DNA of 64,000 nucleotides from Podospora anserina (lineage: Eukaryota). Below, in pieces: positions 25,177 through 37,914 of this stretch. Both the position numbers and the translations under genes were made by a program. How positions within the stretch are numbered: position 1 is the stretch's first letter; the number at the start of each line of letters is the position of its first letter. Location: assembly GCA_017654855.1 (NCBI GenBank), contig CM030332.1:2232001-2296000 (forward strand), read 5' to 3'. The notes beneath the pieces are model-generated. The model did no database searches, had not been told where the DNA came from, and was given only the letters and a program-made list of their open reading frames with translations.

Positions 25177-26507
25177 TTATGAATTTTGTGCGAGCATGTC
25201 CAACGGCCAAGAGAGCCAGTGGCCCCAATCCGGGCCAAGATATGCTGCGATACTTCTGAGTAGGTGAGCTCCTGAACCTGCAACATGCCAAACGTCTCGA
25301 CTCAGGTGTAGGTAGAGTGCCCAGTAGCCCATCACGGCAATCGCCTCTGGTCGTCGCTGGGCAAGCAACTCGGTGAACTCTGATGGTACGGCTGCAGGCC
25401 TAACCCAGTCGTCAGCGAATACCAAACTTATGGTTCAAGATAGGAAGGTACTTGCCACATGAAGATCATTAGATAGCGTTCATTGCGCACGTCATTGCCC
25501 AAAATCCTGTCAAACCCAACTTGCAAATAAGCCGCAGCTTTGAGACAGGCCTCTTTCGACTGAGCGTCGAGACTGAGTGACTCAGAAATGAGATGTCGAA
25601 GATAGTCGCAATGATTACCCAGTGGCAATGACTGGGAAATGCTAATCGCCCAAAGAACAAGGTGCTTGATATCAGATTCGAGTAGAAGCTCCCATGCACT
25701 GATCGACACGCCTTTCAAACCACCAGAGATTGAAAGAAACTGAAGATAGCGGTCAAGAAACCCATCCAGATTCGTATCGCGCTTAGCGAGCAGATCGGCG
25801 AGTAAATGTCGGCTGAGCAAAGAACAGTAGAGGAGGAGGGCGGAGCAGTTGTTCTGGTCAATCTGAGCCTTGGCTGCAGTCTCGTTGTAAATCGAGATGG
25901 CCCTTGTTTGAAGATGCATCGCGTGCTCCGAGAAGAAGTCGGACCTGTCGGGGAAAAGCGCAACCAACCTTCGCGCGCACACCGCCAGCATCTGGTGCAT
26001 CAAGTACGGAGCTTGAAGAGCGCATCTGAATAAGAGTTTCGAGGCAAAGTCGTGTAGCTCCTCGTTGAGTTCTGGTGCGTGATCAGAGAATTTGAACCGG
26101 ATCATGAGCTCCATATGAGCACTGTTGACATCGTGACAGAGATGAGAGCTTGGATGGCCCAGCTCGGGTAGGGGGACACCAGGAACAGGTGCTGCATCGC
26201 CAATTGTGCCCACGGCGACATTTGACATCGGCGAGCCTGACACTGATCCTGGTGGTGATACCGCGACTCGATCACCAGCGAATGATACGGGTGCCCCGTC
26301 GGTCACTGGTGAGGCATAGCTACAGTCTCGGCCGGAGAGCGTACAGATGATGCATTTGGGGCGTTGCTCGTCACACTACATCCAGAGAGGTTAGCAATAA
26401 AGTTTTGAACCCCAACGGGAGCTAATTAGGTAGGTAGGCACCTTGACATGACGTCGTTTGCACTCGAGGCATCCCGCCCGTGACTTCTTATGACTTCTTC
26501 GAAGCAT
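25177..26507 (-). CDS. Zn(II)2Cys6 transcription factor, UPC2/Ecm22-like
   Basis: MLRRSHKKSRAGCLECKRRHVK, intron 26441-26376, then CDEQRPKCIICTLSGRDCSY; also APYLMHQMLA..A and the C-terminal WP..VP.EF..LL..RRPEA...W. Second intron 25455-25400 has a probable GC donor. Confidence 0.92.
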
Positions 26508-27883
26508 GGTTTGTGTCAGCACCAAGAATTGGCTGTTGATCAAGCGGGTGTAGGAAGTGGCCCTCTGAAACTCCAGAATTTCAGGGATCAGATCCACCAG
26601 ATGCGGTTGGATTGGTGGATAGTTCCAGGCCTTAGGCCGGCTCCTTGACCGCGATCTCCGCTAAAAGAAGGCTCGACCTGGGGGTAACCTCGAAGTTAGA
26701 GATCTCACAAGTGTGAAAGAAATTCACCAGTAACGTGGTCATTCTTATACAATTAGATTGTTCTTGGTGTATTGAATTTGCTGACCTTGACTGCGGCCAA
26801 GTCGAGTAAGCACTTCGCTCCCATCGAGTTCTAGATCAAGTTTAAATCATTGATTCATCCCACGCTGAATCAAAGTCCGATAAATCACCCTAGGAAGTCG
26901 ACCTAAGAAACTCCGGCTCACTAGCACTAAGCCACTAATGGCAAATTAATAGTATTGTTTGCTGCCGGGCGTGAGGATGCGGCACTGTCGTGAGAATTGA
27001 TTGGGCAGTGATCTGATTGTGTAGAAATGCCCATCGGATAGTTTCAGACCTCGGATGACAAATGGCGCCTACAATACTGCTTCTTGCTACTACCATATCC
27101 AAGGTCAGTTCAAAACTATTGGTCTCACATAATCTCAACCTCCGACTGGCACGGAGCATTCTGTCCTTCTGCTCACGCTCAAATAGGGTCCTCCTGCGGA
27201 TATATGCGGGTGAGAGCGGGTGTATGAAAACCATATGATTGCTCGACACTGTAAGGGTCAACCTCAAGGCGAACAGAGCTGACGTTAGGAGGAGACAAGC
27301 GAGACAACAAGCTTATCTAACGATGATAAGCTGACTCCACGGCTATGTTCAGGTAGGTAAGGTGTACAGCGACCTGCCAAAGTATCTCATCGATAAACAG
27401 CTGTGGCACATCTTTGCTTTCAAAATCTTGTGGTTGAAGGCGTCGAGTCGAGATACATACCAGGTAGTTCCAAATGTTTGTTGAAGAAAAGGTCCAAAAT
27501 CATGCAAACGAAAAAGAATATCAAAAACTGTGAGCCTGAAATTTGTCCAATTGGAAAGCACACCGACCGCCTCGTTTGATGAGGACCCAGCTGGCTGGTT
27601 CTTGGGATCACCGTGGCAGGGGGGTTTCCCCTGCTAGTTTCCGCCATGAACTCCACGCTCTCCCGATGACGATCCTTCCCCTCGACACGCTTCGAAATTC
27701 AAACTCAGACGCGTCTTTTATTTTGCTCTTCATTCTCGAGTGGTGTGAGCAAGATCAGGACCGCACCCCTTTTTGGCCCTTATCTGAGTTCTGTGGCTGG
27801 ATTTCAACCATTGAACCACTCCTTTTGGGTCGGTTTCATCATCTCCTGACTTTTGACTCGTACAATCCGAGTCCACAAACATC

Positions 27884-28944
27884 ATGTCATCATGGGTAAA
27901 TCACCTGCACATTCCAGATGCACATCAGAAACTCCACCACTAACACATACCCAGGTGTTCCGTCCTCCCGTGGCACCATCCACAGGCGTCATGCCTATCT
28001 CAGCTCTCCTCTCGCCTCAGCCAGACGCTGATAAAGAGAACCATGGCCCCGCTGCAAGCAAAAGCCTAAAGCGCAAGTCCCTCGATGACCATGCCGTTGC
28101 CCCAGCAGGATCAGGCATGTCCCTCGACGACATCGACCTCGAAGGCGTACCAATCGACATGAACTGCGACCAGGTCCGTCGCAAAATCAATAATCTTCTC
28201 GAATCCGCCGCCATGACCAAAACCGCCTTCGCCCGTGAGATTGGCGTCAGCGCCAAATCGCTTTCAGGCTTCTTAGGTGTCCACGGTCCCTTCAACGGCT
28301 CAGGCTTCGCCGCCTATGAAAACGCCTGGGAGTGGTTCAAGAAGAGGGAGATGCTCGGTATCCCTCTGCTAGTAGGGAAGAAACAAAAGACTTCCGCCAC
28401 CACTGCTGCCTTTGCTGCTCCTGCTGTCATTGTGGCCCCAGCCCCCGCAACCGCATCCAAAGCCAAACCCTCCGCTGCCTCTTCGGTTCCTGATATCAGC
28501 GGAATTCACCTGGAAGGTGAGGAAACTGACTCCGTCCCCGTCTATGACTCTTGCGACGAAATCCGCCGTAAGATCAACCTACATCTCAAAAAAGACGGCG
28601 TCACTCAGGCGTCTTTCCTCCGGGACATCTACGCCCAGCTTCGCGGCCCCAGCAAACCAGGAAAATGCTTCCAGAGCGTGCAGCTCCAACGATTTAGGGG
28701 GATGAAGGGGAGTAACTGTGGGGCGAAATCAGCGTTGTATTACGGGGCTTATGTCTTTTTTGAAAAGATCCGGATCAAGGAGGGGAAGCCGAAGACGAAG
28801 CATAGGTTGGAAATGGAGGGGCTTTGGGGGGCAGCAGGGGCGGATAGGGAGCATAATGGGAACACTAGGGTTTGGGTCTTGGGTGTGGCGAGCAAAGGAG
28901 GTGGTGGGAGGGGGAGGGGAGGTGGGGGGTATGCTTACTTTTGA
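27884..28944 (+). CDS. conserved hypothetical protein with two internal repeats of an HTH-like domain
   Basis: ATG at 27884 (MSSW), intron 27896-27954. Repeat 1 is PIDMNCDQVRRKINNLL..TKTAFAREIG..YENAWEWFKKR; repeat 2 is PVYDSCDEIRRKINLHL..TQASFLRDI..YYGAYVFFEKIR. Basic NLS-like motifs (SLKRK, KKQK). Confidence 0.85.
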
Positions 28945-29410
28945 TTAGGGGGGCGACGGGTGGTAGAGTTGGTTTGGTATGATGCTGCTGGTTATCGATG
29001 ATATTTGGAAACTACCTACCTTATGTTTGGGGGATGACTTGGAATGGCGTGGTTTAATTTGGTGGGAGGAAAGGGGGCGGCTTTTGTGATATTCAAGTTA
29101 GCGATCTTATAATATGGTACTTATCGGTGCTCAGTGTGCTCAAAAAATAATCCAATCTCTTACATTTATTCTTTTCTGTTGCCTTTATAGGCCAGTCATG
29201 CAAGATCGTGCCTCAAAGGAAAGGTTTTGGGCGAACCTAGAGGATCACCTCGTGACTGTCGTCTAAGTTTGAACCACAGAAAGCCACCCTATTTTTTTTT
29301 TGAAAACTTGAATAAGGACAGGAAACTTTTGAGCTTCCAGTTTCAATCACCTTCTGCTCTCCGTAAAAGATTGATTTTCCATCAACTCTCCATTCGTCAA
29401 CAAAGCCACA

Positions 29411-30157
29411 ATGGACGCATCTATTACCTTACCGATGACCTGATCTCGCTCCAGACTCTGATATACGTTGGCCTGTCTGCAAAAAAGGCAGGTGAGCTCT
29501 GGTGGGAGTGGATGTTCCGCGGGCGTTATGACCATTCCAATCACAGGACCTTCCTCCACTTCATTCGCCATTACACAACTGAGAACCACGTGGTGGAAGC
29601 CGCCGATGACAGCGATACTCAACGGTGAAAATGTATGGATGCTTGCGGTCTTGCCGTCGAAATTGCAGAACCTGAAGCGAGCTATGGGAAACGACGGGCA
29701 CGGCTCGATTCGATGATGATATTTCGCGTTTACATCCTGAACTCTGTCATTGAAAATTTACCTGGGCCCAACTGCCTTCGACATTTCCACTATCCGACAG
29801 ATGACTGGAAGAAGTTTGTTTTAACTTCTCACAGAAAACGGAAACTGGTGGCCTGGGTATCAGCGGTCGTACCACATGTACAAATCGGCCATCCTCACGA
29901 TTGCCGATGCATCTCGGGGACCCAATCATGCGTTTGAGACATTGAAATCCTGGGACGATGTCACGGAGGTCACGGAGGGGTTCTTGTTTAAACTTGGAGT
30001 CGATCGGAGTGGGTCCATAGCCACCAAATACATTGTCGAGGGGTACGACGGAGGATGCACATGGCTCGACAGAAATGCTCGGGACGTCAGGGCTTTTCTC
30101 TTTACTGAGGTTGACTTGAATTCGTGGCTTGCAGAGAACCCAATTGCAAATAGTTGA
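29411..30157 (+). pseudogene. disrupted hypothetical gene
   Basis: MDASITLP, frameshift at about 29433, DDLISLQTLIYVGLS..LWWEW..DDSDTQR, TGA at 29626, KCMDACGL, then a further frameshift before the C-terminal ..WLAENPIANS. Protein-like text continues across the breaks. Confidence 0.55.
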
Positions 30158-30813
30158 GGGAAAAGGATTTGGAACAGCTACAAGGTCTTCAAGACACCCA
30201 CAATGTCTTCCAAGAGAGTGGGAAGGGAGTGATATCATCAGGGACGTGTTTATCAACGCACAAGGCAAAGCTTTAAATTCTGCCGCAGTCTACTATCATG
30301 TCCATGACGTACCTAGATTCTGTTTGATAGGTACCTGGGCCACGATCGTGGCTTTGACCTCGCCGCAGCAGAAGCAGTGACTTGTGCCATGCAGTGTGTT
30401 TTATCATAACAGGTATCTCGACGCACTGTGCTCCTGTATTATCTATGAAGAACCAGGGAATACTGTGATAAAGTCACTCACACTGTGATATAGCTATTCA
30501 CAAGCTGCCACGTCTCCGTTGTCTAGGTCTTTATGGCCAGGCTGGAATGGGTGTCGAGATTTATACCGTATAACCTGGCGACCACGTTTTATAGGATACC
30601 CCCGACTTCTACGGTCCTACCATGCCACCTCTCGTCCGCCCTCGGATAAGCCTGGGCACTGCCATGGTGACCAGTTGCCTCCCCTCCCCCCGCCGGGTTC
30701 GCAAAGTGTTCCATGAGAACGATGTTAACACAAAGCGAACCCGCTCTCTGGCAACCGGTGAGTGTGTCACCCTGAGCGTGTTCTCCGAAAACCATTTGTT
30801 TTGTGACCAAATC

Positions 30814-32981
30814 ATGGCCGAGATCATCGGACTCGTTTCAGGAGGTATCGCAATAGCGCAGGCCACTGGTAAAGTGGGCAGTCTGGTCCTCTCACTGTCT
30901 CGACTCTGGAAAGAGGTCAAGGATGTACCAGAAACAATCAAAGCTTTGGTCGAGCAGCTCAAGTATTTCGCCCTATCGATCGATGCAATCGAAGCGGAGC
31001 CACAGGCAGTGATCGGAGGAGGATGTCCTCCAACGCCCATGTGCGCTCGAGCAATTCAGCATTGTCGACATTTGCACGAGAAACTGGACAAATTGATCCA
31101 AGATCTCATGGGCGATATCGTTTCGACCAGGAGGCGGAAGAGATATGTCGCCAAAACAAAAGCGGTGTTGTTCTAGAAGGCCGAGCTCGAGATGTACGAA
31201 AAGCGACTTTATCGAGCATTGAAAATACTCGAAATGGCTCTTCAGCTGTTGAAAATGTGAGTGGAATGACGCAAAGTCATTTGCTCATCTTAGGGCAAGA
31301 ACTGATTAGGTATTGATCGTCTAGATCCCAAATGAACTTTCAGCCCGAATATATCACCTCAAGGGTTGTCGAGTCGATTCCCCTTCAATAGAACCAGGAA
31401 CGGGATCTCAAAGAGAAGTCTCTGACCAGTAAACAAGAGGCAAATTATTGGGTGTCGGGCAAACTAACCACGAAGCTGAATGGGACTCGTATAGGGCGAG
31501 CTCGCTATCGGACACGGATTCTAGCAGGGTGCCTGGTTTTCGAGGTCATGCACGATGGGGATGCCAAAGCAGCCTCCGTAAAGCAGGAAGCGAAAAGTGA
31601 GTATCCCCTTCTTTTTGTAGTCAGGGATGATTTCTTGACATTTATCATGTTAGGCTACCGGATAAAAGTGGCATTTCCGCTTTGGTTCATGAACAGAGCT
31701 TAGGACCTTCAAGTACTTTTTGCGACTTGTGGATGGAATGTTGCTTTTCGGCAGTATACGATCGACGAAGAAGGCAATGAATTGTTTCTTTGAGTCATGT
31801 GTGAAACACATCGCATCACACCGAACGAGCTTCGAAGCTCCTTTGCCAACGGACACACCACACCATATATTCTGGATGACAAAGGAAGGACACTATTACA
31901 CGTCAGTATTACATCTTTTATAGGAGCTCGACCAGGTACTAATGGTGCATCAGTATGCCATGATCTTCAACCCAAATCTGGTCGAACCTCTCCTCGTTGC
32001 GGGTCTTAACCTGTTCACTATCAGCTTTGAAGGTCAGTCGCCCCTTGCTGGTTGGATGTGGTACCGTACACCTACCTGAATCCAGAGGATCAGCTTGTAT
32101 TTCATACGGCCCTGCTCTCCTACGGCGCACATGACAACTTCAGCGGGGACGTTCACCTCGTCGGCAATGCTGGACAGTAATAGCGCTGCTGTAGAGCCTC
32201 TATTCTCCGAAATCTTCTGCCACTATTACAAGTCGCCATGGCAGCGGCGCCTGAAACTCTTCTATCGATTCTCGGGCTTGGTTATAGACCATAAAGTTGG
32301 GCAACGGTTTCTCTGCCAACAAGAAAGCTCAGGCACCGACGATATCCGAGCTGAGGGCTTCCAAAGAGATGGGGTCGGTTTTGAATCACATAATGTGGAT
32401 GTTATTCCAAAGCGCTATGGGGCTAGATCACACTTGCAGGCGACCAGGCCACGCTCCTAAACGACTGGACACGTTTACTGATACCGTCAAAAAAATGAAA
32501 AATGGTCCGATGTGTATTTCGTAAGGTTGCCGGTATCACCACGCTCGAGGATCTTGATGCCCGCCATCCTGCCCACGGTCTGACCGCGCTACTCCTAGCA
32601 CCTGCGTTATGTCGGTGTCCAGACTTCGGCAAACTTCTGGAGTATCAGAGGGGCTGGAAAATGGCAGTCCACTCGGCTCTCCGTGGCTGGCTCGAAGATT
32701 TACATATTGCGGGGATAGATCTGGAGGAGTATGGTAAGGCTACAAAAGCAGTGTTTGTCGACACTGGTATCTTGCAGTCTAGGGTGTGGCCGGTGGAACC
32801 GATATGTTTACCAGTACAGCCGGAGTTCGGATATGTGTGGAAGGATATCATCTATGGGCCATACCCTGGGGATTGGTTGCTTGTATTCGAGTAGGATATC
32901 GCTTGGGAGGACTTTTTAAGGGATTTCCGGGAATGGATTGAGAACCCTCCCATGAACATTCCTGGCTCTTGGATATATTAG
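30814..32981 (+). pseudogene. pseudogene: fungal HeLo-like/SesA-type N-terminal domain plus an ankyrin-like region
   Basis: MAEIIGLVSGGIAIAQATGKV..LSRLWKEVKDVPETI N-terminus; RA*DLQV..GW..FRQY; TPY.LDDKGRTLLH; GWLEDL..AGIDLEEYG; YGP.PGDW; C-terminal IPGSWIY*. In-frame stops at 31174, 31389, 31701, 31791 and 32892; introns still recognisable. Confidence 0.85.
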
Positions 32982-33572
32982 ATACTGACCTTAGTTGAAG
33001 ACCAGTGCTCTTGAACATCTTGCCGGTTCCATGTTGTAACATGTCGTCAACCTGGTGTCTCGCCTTTGCCAAGCAGGGGTGATGTTGGCGTGTTTGGACT
33101 TAATCCGTCTGTCTTGAGAGGTATAACGGAAAAGGCAAAGAGCAATGTATATAAGAATGGCGAAAGGAGTCTTAAGGTGTAGATTATGTAGCACAAGGAT
33201 ATCAAGTGAATTCACTACGAGAATATGTCATCTGTTCTTCCTGCTCCTACTGAAAGCTTGATGATTGGATCCAGCCAAGCTTCTGTCCGAGATGCAAACT
33301 GGCCCTACAAAAAAGAAAAGATGGGGCACAGGGTTCAGCGGGCCGCGGCAGCTTGCCCCGGCAGGCAGTTGCAGCTTCAACCCCTGTCTGAACTAAAATG
33401 GGGGGCTCCATCTGCCCAAAACTTCCAGCCTGTCCCTTGGAAACTTTTGCACCAAGGGTTCCAGGTCATTTCGTGGCGGCGCTCTTCAACCTTCTTGCGC
33501 CGGTTCAACCACCAAACGGTGTTCTCTCTTTGTTTCTAACTTTGGTCAGTTTCCTCATGGAGTAGCGCAATC

Positions 33573-35106
33573 ATGAAATTCTCTGCTCTTTCCCTAGGCC
33601 TGTTGGCCCTCCTAACGCCGCTGAGTGCGGCATGGACCAAAGAAGGTATGTGAAGTATTTGCTGTACATTCCCGTCGCAAATGCGATGATACCCCTTTTC
33701 TATTGCGTCTGGTTCCAGTACCACTATATCTACACAATCCAATTGTATCAGACTTACTAACATCTTCGATGATAACCAGATCGCGAAATCTTCCGTGTCC
33801 GCGATGAACTCCTTGCGCATGAAGGTCCCGAAGTGACTTTTTACGATTTTCTTGGTGTCAAGAAGGGCGCAAGCCACGAGGACATCAACAAAGCCTACAA
33901 GAAGAAGTCAAGAGAGCTCCATCCCGACAAAGTCAGACAGCAGCTCCAGGCCCAGCGCATCAAGGCCAACAAGGAGAACGCCAAGAAGTCGGGAGGCAAG
34001 CCCGGTGTGCAGGTGACGAAGCAGCCTACCTCTCATGAGCTCAAGGTTGCCATCAAGCGCGCCTCAGAGCGCCAGGCTCGTCTTTCCATCGTTGCCGATG
34101 TCCTCCGCGGCCCTGGGCGTGACCGATATGACTACTTCCTCACCAATGGCTTCCCTACCTGGAAGGGCACCGAGTACTACTACAACCGCTATCGCCCCGG
34201 CCTTGGCACTGCTATCTTCGGCGTCTTCCTCGTCGCCGGTGGTGGCGCGCATTATCTCGCCCTTTACATGAGCTGGAAGCGCCAACGCGAGTTTGTGGAG
34301 CGCTATATCACATTTGCGCGCCGTGCTGCTTGGGGCGACAACCTTGGCCTCAACATTCCTGGCGTTGATGGCGAGCCTGCCGCCGCTCCTCCCCCTCCCC
34401 CTCCTCAACAGGTGTACGAAGACGAAGACGGTCGCCAGATTCCCATCAACCGCAAGATGCGTCGCATGCAAGAGCGCGAGACAAAGAAGGAGGCCAAGGA
34501 TAAGAGTGCCGGGCGCAAGACCCGCCGTGGACGTGACACCAAACCCGCCTCGGCCTCTGCTTCCGGATCAGCGACTCCCCAGCCGCAGCCCGAGGGACAG
34601 GGTCCCACTGGAGCCAAAAGGCGTGTCGTTGCGGAGAATGGCAAGGTTCTCGTTGTTGACTCGGTGGGCGCCGTCTTCCTTGAACAGGAGGATGAGGATG
34701 GCAATGTGGGCGAGTACCTTTTGGACGTAAGCTACCTCTTATTCATCCAACTTTTTGCAAAATAAGCTAACATATCCACCAGCCCAATGAGATCGCCAAA
34801 CCTACCTTCAAGGACACCGCCGTGGTTCGCCTGCCTTTCTGGGTTTATGATCTGACCATCGGGCGTGTGTTTAAGAAGCGCACCGCGGATGACGAGTTTG
34901 AGGAAGAGATCGACGAGCCCACCGAGACCGAGGTCGTCAATGACGACGAGGATTCTGAGCCCGGAAGACTCACTCCCTCCACCGGCTCTGCCGAGGACTT
35001 TGAGCTTCTCGAGAAATCGGTCGACTCTCTGGGTCAGGCCAAGGCAAGCGGTACCCAGAAGGCGGGCGGCAACAAGGCGAGCAAGCGCAAGAACAAGAAG
35101 AGGTGA
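33573..35106 (+). CDS. ERJ5: ER-membrane J-domain (DnaJ) co-chaperone, Erj5-like
   Basis: Signal peptide MKFSALSLGLLALLTPLSAA then WTKEDREIF; introns 33646-33779 and 34727-34782; TFYDFLGV..HPDK; RDRYDYFLTNGFPTWKGTEYYYNRYRPG followed by a TM segment. Confidence 0.92.
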
Positions 35107-35602
35107 TCGTGGATCTTTTTTGCGGAGGGTATGTTGCTTTACAAGCGGTAGAGTTTTCGAGCAATACGTGGCTTTGACGTTGCGGTTAGGTTAGGTGTTC
35201 TTCGGTGGTTGATTTAAAAAGGAGGAAGAAAAAAGGAGGTCAAATCTTCTCTCGGTATATGGGACGATGTTATGTGACAACGAGCCCCGGATTTCCCAGG
35301 TGAAATATTGCTACCTATATATATAGAGCTGTAGCACTCAATATGGCTACATACAACCCGCCCCGCTCCAGATTCGACATGCATTGACAGAAACAAGACA
35401 CAGGCAAAAGCAACAATGAGCATTAATCTATTGCATCGACGATACAGAAAACCAATCCTTCATGGTATATTAACCACCCATTTCAGCCCGTGCTGTTTCC
35501 ATGGGCGAATTTCTCCCAAACAATCCCAAACTCCACGCCCAATCCCAAGTTCATAACCTTTCCGAATCCCGACCACACCTCTCATCAGCCAGCACATCAA
35601 GA

Positions 35603-36546
35603 TCAAATCCCCACCGTATGGCTCAACACCTTCGCGGCTAACTGACTAAGAAGCCTTGCCCGATCCGCCTGTGGCAGTTCCTGCACACAATCACAAACAT
35701 TTCAGTAGCTGTCACTTATGCTCGCTCTCCCTGGATGAAGTCAACCCCAGCAGCACTCACCTGAAAGACCGCATACACACTCTTCCCCTTGGCATCCCTC
35801 ACCGCGCCGAGCCTGTTGCCAGCCACAGCACCAGCAACCATACCAGGTACATTGGCCATAATAAACCCTAGCGCGCCACCACTGATACCGCCCAGCGTGC
35901 CCCAAAACTTGCCCGTCGGCCTGTTGTTGTGCGACGGGTCGGCCATGCCCTCCTCCCGGAGCATCTCTTCGAAGACATCGGCGAACTGCTCATTCTCAGC
36001 TTGCTGGCGGGATTCTTCCTGGTTGTGCTGGTTTTTGGCGCCCTGGCTTTGGTTGGTGAAGAAGTTCCAGGCCCAGGAGTAGAAGTTGGGCTGCTGTCCT
36101 TGCTGTTGCTGGTCGGAAGCGGACTCTTCGGCGTCGGCGAAGGGGTCGAAGCCGCCGGGCGTGGGGCGGGAGGAGCTGGGGCCGGAGAAGAGTTTGCGCT
36201 GGGCGTCGTATTCGCGGCGGCGGGTGGGATCGGAGAGGGTGTAATATGCGTCGTTGACGAGCTGGAATTTGCGGGTTCGTTCGGGACGGTCAGGGTGGTC
36301 GGCCGGGATGCGGTCGGGGTGGGTTTTTAAGGCAGCGCTGGGGGGGTTGTTAGTTGGGGAGATATGATGGTGGTGAGTAGGATAGGTTACCGTTTATAGG
36401 CATCGCGGATCTGGGTGGTGGAGGCGGTTTCTGGGACCTCGAGGATGGCATCTATAGCGGTAGGTATGGTAAGTCAACAGTTATGAGTTCGTGGAATATA
36501 GGCTTGACTGACAGTAGTTGGGAGGCCGGCCGGCTTTTGCTGCCAT
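35603..36546 (-). CDS. J-domain (DnaJ) protein with a C-terminal Gly-rich hydrophobic segment
   Basis: Exons 36546-36513, 36451-36391, 36337-35761 and 35680-35603 give NYYAILEV..QIRDAYKRAALKTHPDR..FQLVNDAYYTLSDPTRRREYD..QFADVFEEML..GGALGFIMANVPGMVAGAVAGNRLGAVRDAKGKSVY. Confidence 0.92.
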
Positions 36547-37914
36547 TTTGATAAGATGCGGGGGGTCAGATGTCTAACAGTGCCGACGGGTACAAGAGAG
36601 CAAGCAGATGAACAAAGGCAATCTAGGTTTGGATTTTTGTCTCGGAGACTCTTGTCTGGCCAGGCTTTCCCAAGAGCTGGTTGGTACATGCAAAATCACT
36701 AGGACAAGTCTATCTTCAGTCGCCCAACGGAAGAGAGAGCGCGAAAGTGGGATGGTGGAACGAGAGTTGGATACGTCATCTGTGGCGTCGAAATGTGGCT
36801 TTTTTGAACCAACCCCTGTCCAGCCGTCCCCCGCATTCTCAGGGGACGCGAATCAGTGGGTCTGGGTCACAGGCAGTTCTAGCCCCTTGTGCCCCTCTAT
36901 ACGGAGCATCGCTATCTCCCATGATCAGCACATTGTCTTCTTGGGTGTATCGACAGGAAAAAATCGCCAGCCTCTTGCTCAAGGCTAATTCTCTTTTATT
37001 GGATATCCAGTGAGGTATAAATGGAGAGGCAGGAAGCAATAGGCAAGGAATGGCCGGCAGGGTCTGGAATCACCCCGCGTGTCACCAATTCATTGGACGG
37101 CCCGGCGGAGTGACTGGACGTGTAGCCGCTTTCCTCGCCCGTTTCAGGTCGGCTGGCCTCTGACGCATGACTGCTCTGGGGAAGGCGAGCTGTGTGACTG
37201 CCCAACCAGGCACTCGATTTTGAGCCCAGAGCTGCAATAGAACCTCAACGTGGAGGTGATGGACGCTGTTTTTGGTCTCTTGGAGCCTAACAAGCCGTCC
37301 TACTCGGCCAGGATCGGAAGTTTTTTTTTGTTCACCTGCGTCACAGACGCTCAACAATTTGATGACAACCCCTCCACTGCTTCATCTGATCCCGAATGCC
37401 TGGAAAGCCCCACCGGTGATTTTCTCTATATATCGGACCAACTGCGGAGACATTTCCTCAGGGCCTCTTGCTGTGTCCTCGATTAGCAGCTCCGAGTTAC
37501 CTTAAATCTCCAAGAGCTTATTTTAAACGTGTGCCCTTCCACGCGTCATCGTTGTACAAGCACACGCTGCCTCGAAGCACGTCCCCCACCACCACCTTAC
37601 CCGCAGGCGTGCTATCATACTTGCAAATCCAGCAAAGTGTCGATTATCAAGACAATTAGCTTAGACAATAAAGAGACGAGTTGCAACAATCCAGAGTTCT
37701 TTTCTATCCGCAGACTTTCTGACTCTAATCCACACCATCTCTGTGGCATCCCTGACTGTTGAGTACGCAACAGTCAAGATACCATACACACTACACGGCC
37801 AGGATTAATCTTGTGTTAAATCTGCCACTCAAGTAAACGACAGCAAAAAGCCTCTCTTGGTTATTATCCTGCTAACATTTCGTACAGACTTCAAAACAGT
37901 CATCATCTCCAACA

